From positions 62,001 to 126,000 of the IMG/VR virus record IMGVR_UViG_3300025012_000027: a stretch of 64,000 nucleotides of DNA; one strand, given 5' to 3'. A model generated the notes under the pieces. It was not told the origin of the DNA. It did not search any database and was given only the letters and a program-made list of their open reading frames with translations. The translations under genes and the position numbers were made by a program. Position 1 is the first letter of the stretch, and each line of letters opens with the position of its first letter. Below are positions 46,484 through 54,913 of the stretch, one piece after another.

Positions 46484-47950
46484 ATGACTGACATCCTCGA
46501 CCTTAAAGGCTGGACGGTGCTCTCCAAGTCTCAATCCGATGGTGAATACGTGATTGAGGCCGAGTACACCATTCAGCCCGCCAACTGCCCAAAATGCGGG
46601 GTTGTTGACACTCCATACAAGCATGGCGTAAAGCCCATCAGGTATCGCGACAGCCCCATCAGGGGTTCCGCTGTGGTCATCCTGGCCAACGTCCAGAGGT
46701 ACAGGTGCAAGCACTGCAAGGAGACGTTCCTTCAGCCATTGGAAGGCATTTACCCTGATATGAGGATGACACAGCGCTGTGTTGAGTACATTGAAACCCA
46801 GTGCCTTCGGGACACCTTTGTTCGGATTGCCGAGCATATTGGCTGTGATGACAAGACTGTAAGGACCGTTGCTGGCACTTACATTGACTCCATGAATGCC
46901 AAGTTCAAACCCTGGCTTCCTGAGTGGCTGGGCATTGATGAAACACAGATTGACGGCGAACTCCGATGCATCATCACTGATGTGGTCAACCGTAAGCCGG
47001 TGGATATGCTGCCCAATCGTGACAAGGTGTCGGTCACGGCATGGCTGTACCAGTTCAAAGACCGGCGCACCGTCAAGGGATTGGCCATTGACATGTGGCG
47101 TCCATATAAGGATGCAGCCCAAGCAGTGTTCCCCGGCCTGCCTGTAGTCATTGACAAGTTCCATGTAGTCAAGATGGCCAACAAGGCTTTGGAGGACATT
47201 CGCATTGCCCTTGCCAAAGACCAGCCCAAGGCAGTCGGCAAGGACTGGATGAGGCGCAAGGCACTGCTGCGGATGCGGTACAAGAATCTGGATGAAAAGG
47301 GCCGGTTTGCCCTCAGCATGTGGCTGGACAACGAACTGGCTCTCAAAGTCGCTTACGACCTCAAAGAAGCCTTCTATGACATCTACGATGCCCCTACCAA
47401 GGCAGAAGCTGGAACCCGGCTGGATGCTTGGCGCAACTCCATTCCCGCAACCATGAAGAAGGGGAAAAAGAGCTTTGCGCCCCTCATTACCGCCACGAAG
47501 AACTGGCGAGAAGAGATTCTTGCCTTCTTTGACCACCCCATCAGCAACGGGTACACAGAGGCTCTGAACGGCGTTGCCAAGGTAACCAATAGGCAAGGCA
47601 GGGGCTACAGCTTTGAAGTCCTCAGAGCCCGCGTTTTGTTCTCCAAGATTTCCAGAGTCCCTGTTACTGAAGAGGATGAGGTAACGGAAGTAGAGATGCC
47701 AGAACCCGAACAGGTTGAGGTAGTCATCCATAACCCAGCCCGTACCGTGCGCCACATGCTGCTTTACAAGTACAAGAACAGGTGTCAGTCCTGTCTTGGA
47801 GTGTTTCCCCCATCCGAGCTTTATGTCGCTCGAATGGGTGTCTTCCTTGAGGATGAACCAATGAAAAACAGGACGTTGATGTGTGCCCCTTGCAAAGAGC
47901 GTTTCCACACAGATGGAATTAAGCATGTTCATTCAACTTCCACACCTTAA
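46484..47950 (+). CDS. ISL3-family transposase with C-terminal Cys-rich extension
   Basis: CPKCG...RYRCKHC, LGIDE, IDMWRPY, VIDKFHVV, SNGYTEALN, GRGYSFEVLRARVL. Confidence 0.95.
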   Translation: MTDILDLKGWTVLSKSQSDGEYVIEAEYTIQPANCPKCGVVDTPYKHGVKPIRYRDSPIRGSAVVILANVQRYRCKHCKETFLQPLEGIYPDMRMTQRCVEYIETQCLRDTFVRIAEHIGCDDKTVRTVAGTYIDSMNAKFKPWLPEWLGIDETQIDGELRCIITDVVNRKPVDMLPNRDKVSVTAWLYQFKDRRTVKGLAIDMWRPYKDAAQAVFPGLPVVIDKFHVVKMANKALEDIRIALAKDQPKAVGKDWMRRKALLRMRYKNLDEKGRFALSMWLDNELALKVAYDLKEAFYDIYDAPTKAEAGTRLDAWRNSIPATMKKGKKSFAPLITATKNWREEILAFFDHPISNGYTEALNGVAKVTNRQGRGYSFEVLRARVLFSKISRVPVTEEDEVTEVEMPEPEQVEVVIHNPARTVRHMLLYKYKNRCQSCLGVFPPSELYVARMGVFLEDEPMKNRTLMCAPCKERFHTDGIKHVHSTSTP

Positions 47951-47995
47951 TCCGCAGAGCCCTTAAATAAAAGAGAATACTTCAGGGACCATACT

Positions 47996-48772
47996 ATGTC
48001 ACAAGATACACTCGTAACCGAATCCGCCATTGCATATATTATGATGCAAGAATCAATTTTGCTTGAATCTCGATTAGATTACCTAAAGGCAAATACTCCT
48101 CCATTGTCTACGGATCATGATACTACGGCTATTCATAAAGATACACCAAGCATCATCCAGCACTTTGCGGATAATGCTGATCCAACCCCAAACAAGCAAC
48201 GCACGCAATACATCGTTGGATTGTATCGCGCTAAGAAGATTCGACAAGAAGATGCGCCTAGAATTAAAGAAGCTTTGTCGTCATTTGAAAAATACAAACA
48301 CAAATTAGATCCATCAGAGAAACAACTCACCGTGTCTGCATATCCAACGGTTGCTAGTATTGAAGATAAAATGGTCCCGCATGTGGGCACCATGGCAACA
48401 AAACGTGAAGCTGAGCGCAATCTAAATCAACCCGGCCACGAGTTGAAGTACGATGATGAGAACATCTCGATATATCATTTGAAAGACAAAGAGACTTCCC
48501 AGAATTTGTATGGTGGCGGTCATCAACGTGGCGGTACCGGTACATCATGGTGCACTGCTGCTAGATCCAAAGATTGTATGTTTGATCAATATGCAAAAGA
48601 TGGACGATTACACGTATTGCATGATAAAAAGACTGGTAGTGTGTATCAATACCACACTAAATCTGCGTCGTTTATGGATGCTAAAGACAACGAGATTTCA
48701 CCGGAAGATTTCAAAGCAATTGCTCCAAGTTTTCATAAGGCCATTCTTTCTAATCCCGATCTGTTAAAATAA
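47996..48772 (+). CDS. Late hypothetical protein with GTSWCTA motif (PcfJ-like), possible internal head protein
   Basis: TAAATA at 47964; ILLE leader; ADPTPNK, EDAPRIK, WCTA, YQYH...FMDAKD. Confidence 0.65.
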   Translation: MSQDTLVTESAIAYIMMQESILLESRLDYLKANTPPLSTDHDTTAIHKDTPSIIQHFADNADPTPNKQRTQYIVGLYRAKKIRQEDAPRIKEALSSFEKYKHKLDPSEKQLTVSAYPTVASIEDKMVPHVGTMATKREAERNLNQPGHELKYDDENISIYHLKDKETSQNLYGGGHQRGGTGTSWCTAARSKDCMFDQYAKDGRLHVLHDKKTGSVYQYHTKSASFMDAKDNEISPEDFKAIAPSFHKAILSNPDLLK

Positions 48773-49365
48773 TGAATGTACGCAAACTTTTTCTAGCCAA
48801 GTACGGGGCTAAAGACCATCTCGATGAATTGGTTAATGATACTGATTTGGTTGTTAGGGATGCTGTAGCTAAAAATCCATCCGCAACGAAAGAACATCTA
48901 GATACGCTCGTTAATGATAAATCCGAGTATGTTAGAGAATCTGTAGCCAGTAACCCAAATGCCTCGAAAGAGCATCTAGATAAACTAGCGGCGGATAATC
49001 ACTTCTATGTTAGAGCGGCAGTAGCTCAGAATCCAAACGCCTCGAAAGAGCATCTAGATAAACTTGTTAACGATATAGACTGGCATGTTAGACGCGATGT
49101 AGCTCGGCATCTAAACGCCTCGACCGAACATCTAGATAAGCTGGTTAGTGATGCAGCCGAGTATGTTAGACACGCTGTAGCTAAGAATCCAACTGCCTCG
49201 AAAGAGCATCTAGATAAACTTGTTAACGATGATGATTGGCATGTTAGAGTCGCTGTAGGTCGGCATCCTAATGCTACTAAAGATCATCTAGATAAGCTGG
49301 TTAGTGATGATAACAGTGATGTTAGACGTGACGCGAAAGAAAATCTAACGAAAAGAAAACTATGA
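48772..49365 (+). CDS. HEAT/LRV-type repeat protein 1 (7 x 24 aa)
   Basis: Repeat HLDKLVxDxxxxVRxxVAxNPNAxKE. Confidence 0.85.
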   Translation: MNVRKLFLAKYGAKDHLDELVNDTDLVVRDAVAKNPSATKEHLDTLVNDKSEYVRESVASNPNASKEHLDKLAADNHFYVRAAVAQNPNASKEHLDKLVNDIDWHVRRDVARHLNASTEHLDKLVSDAAEYVRHAVAKNPTASKEHLDKLVNDDDWHVRVAVGRHPNATKDHLDKLVSDDNSDVRRDAKENLTKRKL

Positions 49366-49958
49366 CCGATCAACGACACGAATTTCTGGCTAAGTATGGT
49401 GCTAAAGAGCATCTAGATAAGTTGGTTACTGATAAAAGCGAGTATGTTAGAGAATCTCTGGTATCAAATCCCAGCATAACTAACGATCATCTAGATAAGT
49501 TGGTTACTGATGAACACCCGGGTGTTAGACACGCTGTAGCTAGAAACCGAACTGCTTCGAAAGAACATCTAGATAAACTGGTTACTGATAAAAACGAGTA
49601 TATTAGACGTAGTGTAGCTCGGAATCCAAATGCAACTAAAGATCATCTAGATAAACTGGTTACTGATAAAAGCGAGTATGTTAGAGAAGCTGTAACCAAG
49701 AGTCCAAATGCTTCGAAAGAACATCTAGATAAACTAGTTAACGATAGAGATTGGCATGTTAGAGAATCTGTAGCTAGTCATCCAAATGCAACTAAAGATC
49801 ATCTAGATAAGTTGGTTACTGATGAACACTGGGGTGTTAGACGTGCGGTAGCTAGTAGTCCAAATGCTTCAAAAGAACATCTGGATAAGTTGGTTACTGA
49901 TGAACACGTATATGTTAGCCGTGTCGCGAAAGAGAATCTAGCGAGTAGAAAACTTTAA
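49362..49958 (+). CDS. HEAT/LRV-type repeat protein 2 (7 x 24 aa)
   Basis: Same repeat; shared FLAKYGAK start and AKENL..RKL end. Confidence 0.85.
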   Translation: MTDQRHEFLAKYGAKEHLDKLVTDKSEYVRESLVSNPSITNDHLDKLVTDEHPGVRHAVARNRTASKEHLDKLVTDKNEYIRRSVARNPNATKDHLDKLVTDKSEYVREAVTKSPNASKEHLDKLVNDRDWHVRESVASHPNATKDHLDKLVTDEHWGVRRAVASSPNASKEHLDKLVTDEHVYVSRVAKENLASRKL

Positions 49959-50036
49959 AAAAATGTTGTAATTCTACAACAGTCATAATTCAGGTAAATT
50001 ATCGTGTTATAATATACTCACACCAGGAGTTATATT

Positions 50037-50258
50037 ATGCGAATCGAAACATTTAATGGCCGACAGCTAGTTCGCGATCACATCTTTCCAGCTGAATATA
50101 TCAAAGTGGGGTCGAAATGGGCTGCCGCTGATGGTAGCGATCACGTTGTCACAATCGACCACTTTGAAGACGGTGAAGTATACTACTCATGGGATGGCGG
50201 CTCACACTCCAAAGATAGGTTTAGCTTTCAAACCCGCTATTGCTTGATTGTTGGGTGA
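50037..50258 (+). CDS. Hypothetical protein
   Basis: Promoter plus AGGAG; HSKD.FSFQ.RY. Confidence 0.65.
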   Translation: MRIETFNGRQLVRDHIFPAEYIKVGSKWAAADGSDHVVTIDHFEDGEVYYSWDGGSHSKDRFSFQTRYCLIVG

Positions 50259-50365
50259 ACTATGTTGCTCGACGTCTGGATCTTAATAGTTTGGGTGGCT
50301 GTGCTGTACATCTTGATTTCCGATGCCATTACGCCTCCCAAACCACCTACTAGAAAGTTTCGACC

Positions 50366-50584
50366 ATGACAACAGTTGCTCAGCTGATCGCTAAACTCAA
50401 AGAATATCCAGCAGATGCCGAGGTAGAGTGTCTCCAAGAGGTGACTTGCAGCTATGATAAATGGGTAGAGTTCTTTCCAGTGGACTTGGACGACTTCGAT
50501 GTGCTCGATTATTCGTCTATTGTAGATCGAACAAAATATCCGCAAATGGCTGGAAAAATTATTATCCGATTGAACGCAGAGTGA
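50366..50584 (+). CDS. Hypothetical protein
   Basis: MTTVAQLIAKLKEYPADAEV. Confidence 0.65.
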   Translation: MTTVAQLIAKLKEYPADAEVECLQEVTCSYDKWVEFFPVDLDDFDVLDYSSIVDRTKYPQMAGKIIIRLNAE

Positions 50585-50630
50585 CACAAAACGGTGTTAT
50601 AATTAACTTCTACACTTAAAGGACTATATT

Positions 50631-50804
50631 ATGGCTGGCAAAGCAAAATCGGTTTACTTGACGATCAACCCACGTGGAACGTTGAAGACAGTGTTTCACA
50701 AAGTGTTCTTTGATGCAAAGTCGTATGCTGAATATGTGAAGACTGACGAGTTCAAGGCAAAATGGCCAGTTGAAGAATACTTGTTGGTCAAGGAGATCTA
50801 CTAA
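50631..50804 (+). CDS. Hypothetical protein (57 aa, not in track)
   Basis: MAGKAKSVYLTINP...; promoter and AAGGA RBS. Confidence 0.65.
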   Translation: MAGKAKSVYLTINPRGTLKTVFHKVFFDAKSYAEYVKTDEFKAKWPVEEYLLVKEIY

Positions 50805-50958
50805 TCATGGAACAACTATCGTTTTGGGTCCAAATCGCAGCGGCTGTGTATTTGGGATTTATGGCTACCGTGCTTGACACAAAAGGTTTGAGTAGCGGGT
50901 TTGTGTTTAGGTTTATCCCGCTCGTACTGTGCGTTCTAATTGCTCTGGATGTTATTCG

Positions 50959-51192
50959 ATGAATGATACATACAAACGATTAGCTAACGAAGCCGCAGAC
51001 TATTGTTCTGAACAAGCAGACGGATCTGCGTGGACATGGGAGCGGAAGTTTGCTGAACTGCTTATCGAAGACTGCTTGAAAGTCTTGGAAAGTCACAACC
51101 CACCCCCAACCATCGATTTCACAGTTGGTTGGAACGCGGCTGTAGAAATGAAATTGATCGCTATGAGGGCGCACTTTGGGATGCTTGAATGA
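50959..51192 (+). CDS. Hypothetical protein, KFAEL.I.EC family
   Basis: KFAELLIEDC...AHFG. Confidence 0.6.
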   Translation: MNDTYKRLANEAADYCSEQADGSAWTWERKFAELLIEDCLKVLESHNPPPTIDFTVGWNAAVEMKLIAMRAHFGMLE

Positions 51193-51548
51193 ACTTTACA
51201 ACATATGCTCGTGAATGCCGTAAGATGGGCAGCCTGGTCGCTCACGCTCAGGAGAACGGTCGGATGGATACCGTTGAAGAGATTACTACTGCTAATGTAG
51301 AACTTCAAGAAAGGTATCTTAAAGCTCGCAGAGATGCGACCGTTGCTGAAAATGCAACTGCATTGCTCGACAAGATGAAGCGCAAAGCTGAAGGTCGTAT
51401 AACTGCAAAATGGCAAACTCTAGCAGATGTTGATTGGGATGATCTCGAACATCACATTGATGTATGCAAAACTCGACCATCGGAGGCGACATTCGATACG
51501 GTTATCAGAATCGTCGAAGCTTTGAAGAATCAGGTCATGACACGGTGA
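51189..51548 (+). CDS. Hypothetical protein
   Basis: ATGA coupling. Confidence 0.55.
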   Translation: MNFTTYARECRKMGSLVAHAQENGRMDTVEEITTANVELQERYLKARRDATVAENATALLDKMKRKAEGRITAKWQTLADVDWDDLEHHIDVCKTRPSEATFDTVIRIVEALKNQVMTR

Positions 51549-51584
51549 AAATTGTGTTAAATTAACTTTTATGGAAGATATATT

Positions 51585-52145
51585 ATGAAAAAATTGATTG
51601 TGAGTTGTATGTTAGCAGTGGCGATGTGTTCTGTGTATGCACAGACCATTGATGTTAGTAAGTTAACGCAAGAACAAGTGACTGCACTGTCGAAGCAGGT
51701 TCAAGAACTGGCTGGAAATCCAGTGACAGTCTCGGCTCAGGTTCGATCTGAGGCATCCGCCTGGGGTGAGCTTGGTGCGAATATGGGAAAGGCGATGGTT
51801 GGTGCTGCTAAGGAAATTGGGGTGGCAGCAAATGAATTCAGCCAAACGTCCTTAGGTAAAGTTGTTGTCTTTATGACCGTCTACAAAATAATGGGGCGAG
51901 AACTTCTAGGAGTTATCGTCGGTAGTGGTATTATGCTATTCACATATAGCCTAGCGTTATGGTTATTGGCAACCAAGCGATGGAGCACCGTGACGTATAC
52001 ATATGTTCCCGTATTGTTTGGAGCATTTACGTTGAAGAAAATTTTAGACTCTAAAATCAGCGACGATGTTTTGTTTGCTAAAGTCATGACATCGGCGTTG
52101 CTCTTAGTGTTTAGTACGCTTATTGGATTGAACGTTATATTCTAA
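51585..52145 (+). CDS. Membrane protein with signal peptide
   Basis: AAKEIGVAANEF..T.LG; TM segments. Confidence 0.7.
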   Translation: MKKLIVSCMLAVAMCSVYAQTIDVSKLTQEQVTALSKQVQELAGNPVTVSAQVRSEASAWGELGANMGKAMVGAAKEIGVAANEFSQTSLGKVVVFMTVYKIMGRELLGVIVGSGIMLFTYSLALWLLATKRWSTVTYTYVPVLFGAFTLKKILDSKISDDVLFAKVMTSALLLVFSTLIGLNVIF

Positions 52146-52149
52146 AGGT

Positions 52150-52389
52150 GTGAGCATGAGTCCATCTAGTAATATGAAATTTTGTAAAGACTGTAGGCAC
52201 AGCGCCGCTAATCGGTATTCCGAGATCTCAGACTGGGATGCTATCCGATGCGAGAAGTTTGTCGAAACTCACCCAGTGTCTGGCCACGAAGTATGGCAAC
52301 ATACTTGCATACATGCCAGAACTCAGATCAGTTTGTGTGGCACTGACGCAAAGTATTTTGTAGAACGTGATGAGAACAAAATGACATGA
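52150..52389 (+). CDS. Cys-rich hypothetical protein
   Basis: FCKDCRH...C...C..AR....CG..AKYF. Confidence 0.6.
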   Translation: MSMSPSSNMKFCKDCRHSAANRYSEISDWDAIRCEKFVETHPVSGHEVWQHTCIHARTQISLCGTDAKYFVERDENKMT

Positions 52390-52646
52390 AAATTACTCTA
52401 GAAACTAAAGTATGGCAGGACGTCGAATTGTCTGAGAGAAGCGTAGATGATATCGTGAGACGCAAGCTAGATGATCTCATTTACCCAGGAGAATTCATCA
52501 AACAGCGGGACACCGGTCAATTGGTATTGATGAGAGCAGACCCGAATTGGCGACATGGTAATCCAGATGATGAGTTTGTGCGACTCGCAACTGAGTTAGA
52601 TGTGGCTGTGATCGCAGTGAAAGATGCTCTTAAACTTAAGAAATAA
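52386..52646 (+). CDS. Hypothetical protein
   Basis: ATGA coupling. Confidence 0.55.
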   Translation: MKITLETKVWQDVELSERSVDDIVRRKLDDLIYPGEFIKQRDTGQLVLMRADPNWRHGNPDDEFVRLATELDVAVIAVKDALKLKK

Positions 52647-52712
52647 TCACGACGCGTTGATTCACGACTAACCCAGTGGTATAATTAACTCATACACTTA
52701 AAGGACTATATT

Positions 52713-53771
52713 ATGGCAGAACGTAAGATGGCAACTATTCGGATGATCGATTCCATTGACCCAATCGAGGGGGCCGATGCAATCGAGGTAGCAACCGTCG
52801 GTGGATGGAAAGTGGTTGTGAAGAAGGGAGAATTCTCGCCCAATGATGTAGCAATCTTCTTGGAAATCGATAGCTGGGTGCCCCATGAACTCGCCCCATT
52901 CCTATCCAAAGGCAAAGAACCGCGTGAATATAACGGGGTTAAGGGTGAAAAGCTTCGCACTATTCGCTTGAAGAAGCAGCTGTCTCAGGGTCTGTTGCTG
53001 CCGATGTCTATTTTTGGCTGTGGCTCTGGATATGACGAGCCGGTGGATTTGAGGCCCGATTATAAAGTTGGAGATGATGTATCTGAAGTGCTCGGCATCC
53101 AAAAGTGGGAAGCTCCGATCAACGCTCAACTAGCCGGGGTTGCTCGGGGGAATTTTCCATCAGTAGTCCCCAAGACCGACCAAGAAAGATGTCAAAATTT
53201 GAAGAAAGAACTTCAAACATGGATTGAGAAAGGATACACTTGGGAAGTGACTGAAAAACTAGATGGATCATCCTGTACAATATATCTCGATCTGGATGGC
53301 GAGTTCCATGTATGTTCTCGCAATCTCGATTTGGTCCGTGATGAAAATAACAGTTTCTGGAAAGCTGCTATCAACTACAATGTTGAAGCGGTTATGCGAG
53401 ATAATCAATTGACCGGATTGGCAATTCAAGGCGAATTGATCGGCGAAGGTATCCAAGGCAATCCTTATGGTATCAAAGGGCATCGGTTCTGTGTGTTTGA
53501 CATCTACGATACCCAAATCGGGGCGTATCTTAGCCGATCGGCACGACACAATGTTGCCAATCTGTGCTATCTGGATAGTGTTCCTGTATTGAATCGATCG
53601 GTTAAATTGACTGAGACAGAGTCGATTGACTCACTGCTTAAAATGGCTGAAGGAATCTCAGTTATGGGAACAACAAACACTGAGCGAGAAGGCCTAGTAT
53701 TTGCATGTAATGAACACCCAGGTCTGTCATTCAAAGCGATTTCAAATAATTTCCTTCTTGGTCAGAAATGA
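52713..53771 (+). CDS. RNA ligase, DRB0094 (Rnl2/Rnl5-like) family
   Basis: PIEGADAIE, EIDSW, SQGL, PKTDQER, TEKLDGSS, QGELIG, EREGLV, SFKAISN. Confidence 0.92.
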   Translation: MAERKMATIRMIDSIDPIEGADAIEVATVGGWKVVVKKGEFSPNDVAIFLEIDSWVPHELAPFLSKGKEPREYNGVKGEKLRTIRLKKQLSQGLLLPMSIFGCGSGYDEPVDLRPDYKVGDDVSEVLGIQKWEAPINAQLAGVARGNFPSVVPKTDQERCQNLKKELQTWIEKGYTWEVTEKLDGSSCTIYLDLDGEFHVCSRNLDLVRDENNSFWKAAINYNVEAVMRDNQLTGLAIQGELIGEGIQGNPYGIKGHRFCVFDIYDTQIGAYLSRSARHNVANLCYLDSVPVLNRSVKLTETESIDSLLKMAEGISVMGTTNTEREGLVFACNEHPGLSFKAISNNFLLGQK

Positions 53772-53906
53772 TCTCGTTCCGTGTTATAATACACTATCAG
53801 GAGAAGTTAAATGGTTCACCCATATACTAGCGATGTTCAAATGTTGATGAAATTCGCAGCCGATTACAGCATTCCAGATGATGAATCGCCGGCAGAGTAA
53901 TTCAAT

Positions 53907-54158
53907 ATGAATACGCGAATAGAAGAACTAGTAACTAGAGCAGGTGGATACGTATCATGTTCATATGAACATGATGGGAATCTTATATTGAGTGGAAAAG
54001 ACGACATTGATCGGTTTGCAACTCTTATCATCGACGAGTGCGTTAACATTGTGTTGAAAGGTGAGCTGGTGGAAAAGACAACGGAAGATACTGCTTACAA
54101 TCTCGCACTCTTGGTTAGTGTAAGAAACATATGCAAAGAACTCGAGGCGGTGCTATGA
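53907..54158 (+). CDS. Hypothetical protein, MNxRIxEL family
   Basis: RFATLIIDEC. Confidence 0.6.
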   Translation: MNTRIEELVTRAGGYVSCSYEHDGNLILSGKDDIDRFATLIIDECVNIVLKGELVEKTTEDTAYNLALLVSVRNICKELEAVL

Positions 54159-54397
54159 CTACCGAACTAGCAATTTTTCTATTCGGCCTTCCTCCTATAC
54201 TGTATTGTGCGTCACTTTGGGTGCTGTGGTTTGGTGGTGAAGACTTGACCGTCGGTTTGTTCATGAGTATGTTCATCGCCTCGATCATTCCAATTCTAAA
54301 CATAATAATCTTTATTTGTATTGGCACTGTTACCTTAGCGATGAATGGTTCTACGATTATCATTCCTGGACGGAACATCAACAAAAAAGGCAAATAG
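54155..54397 (+). CDS. Small membrane protein
   Basis: IIPILNII; paralog of next ORF. Confidence 0.55.
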   Translation: MTTELAIFLFGLPPILYCASLWVLWFGGEDLTVGLFMSMFIASIIPILNIIIFICIGTVTLAMNGSTIIIPGRNINKKGK

Positions 54398-54398
54398 A

Positions 54399-54629
54399 AT
54401 GCTCAATACATATTATCTATACGGTTCTCCCGTATTATTTCTAGCACTGTTTTTGTATACGCTATGGAGAGAAAACGATGAGCTGCTCGTCTGTGACGTG
54501 TTCTGGGGGTTAGTTGTGGCATGCATCCCAGTACTCAATTTATTTTTCGCTGTGATGTGTCTAAGTCAACTGAGTAACGGTGTATGGTTGCAGGTTATTA
54601 TTAAAAGGAGCAACTCTAATGAAAACTAG
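54399..54629 (+). CDS. Small membrane protein
   Basis: CIPVLNLF. Confidence 0.55.
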   Translation: MLNTYYLYGSPVLFLALFLYTLWRENDELLVCDVFWGLVVACIPVLNLFFAVMCLSQLSNGVWLQVIIKRSNSNEN

Positions 54630-54849
54630 AATCACAGATTTATTGCAACAGTCTGGGTTTGTTCTATGGGAAAACGAAGCATGGGGACCAGGCCCACATA
54701 TGGTTGATTGGTCGAGTGACTATGCCGTCGAAATGGAACGATTCATTGCAGCACTGGTATCCGAATGTGCTTTGATCGCAGACAGCGATACATGTAAGCC
54801 ATATGCGACATATGGAGAACGGATCAAAGCACATTTTGGCATCAAGTAG
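54619..54849 (+). CDS. Hypothetical protein, MNxRIxEL family
   Basis: AAGGAG RBS; RFIAALVSEC...IKAHFGI. Confidence 0.65.
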   Translation: MKTRITDLLQQSGFVLWENEAWGPGPHMVDWSSDYAVEMERFIAALVSECALIADSDTCKPYATYGERIKAHFGIK

Positions 54850-54913
54850 TTTTTAAACGTAAATATACATAGTTGGGAATAGATCCCGACCAAACACTAT
54901 AAGAGGATTTCTT

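Larger units (their letters stand above)
45753..47961 (+). mobile_element. ISL3-family element (2209 bp) with NADAR passenger gene
   Basis: 24-bp terminal IRs GGCTCTACGGAATAACGTGTTGAA / GGCTCTGCGGATTAAGGTGTGGAA (20/24); 8-bp TSD CTTAAATA at 45745-52 and 47962-69; visibly GC-richer than flanks. Confidence 0.95.
50598..52717 (+). repeat. 38-bp duplicated promoter-RBS-start cassette (50598-50635 / 52680-52717)
   Basis: tataattaactNNtacacttaaaggactatattatggc, 36/38 identical, upstream of unrelated genes. Confidence 0.9.

Noticed and set aside
45809-47932. 707-aa antisense ORF spanning the IS
   Set aside because: Mirror frame of the co-framed NADAR and transposase genes in GC-rich DNA; no recognisable motifs.
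42100-49958. CRISPR array (heptamer run at 42.1 kb, or 72-bp repeats at 48.8-49.9 kb)
   Set aside because: No constant repeat with unique spacers; the 72-bp units are in-frame coding; no cas genes.
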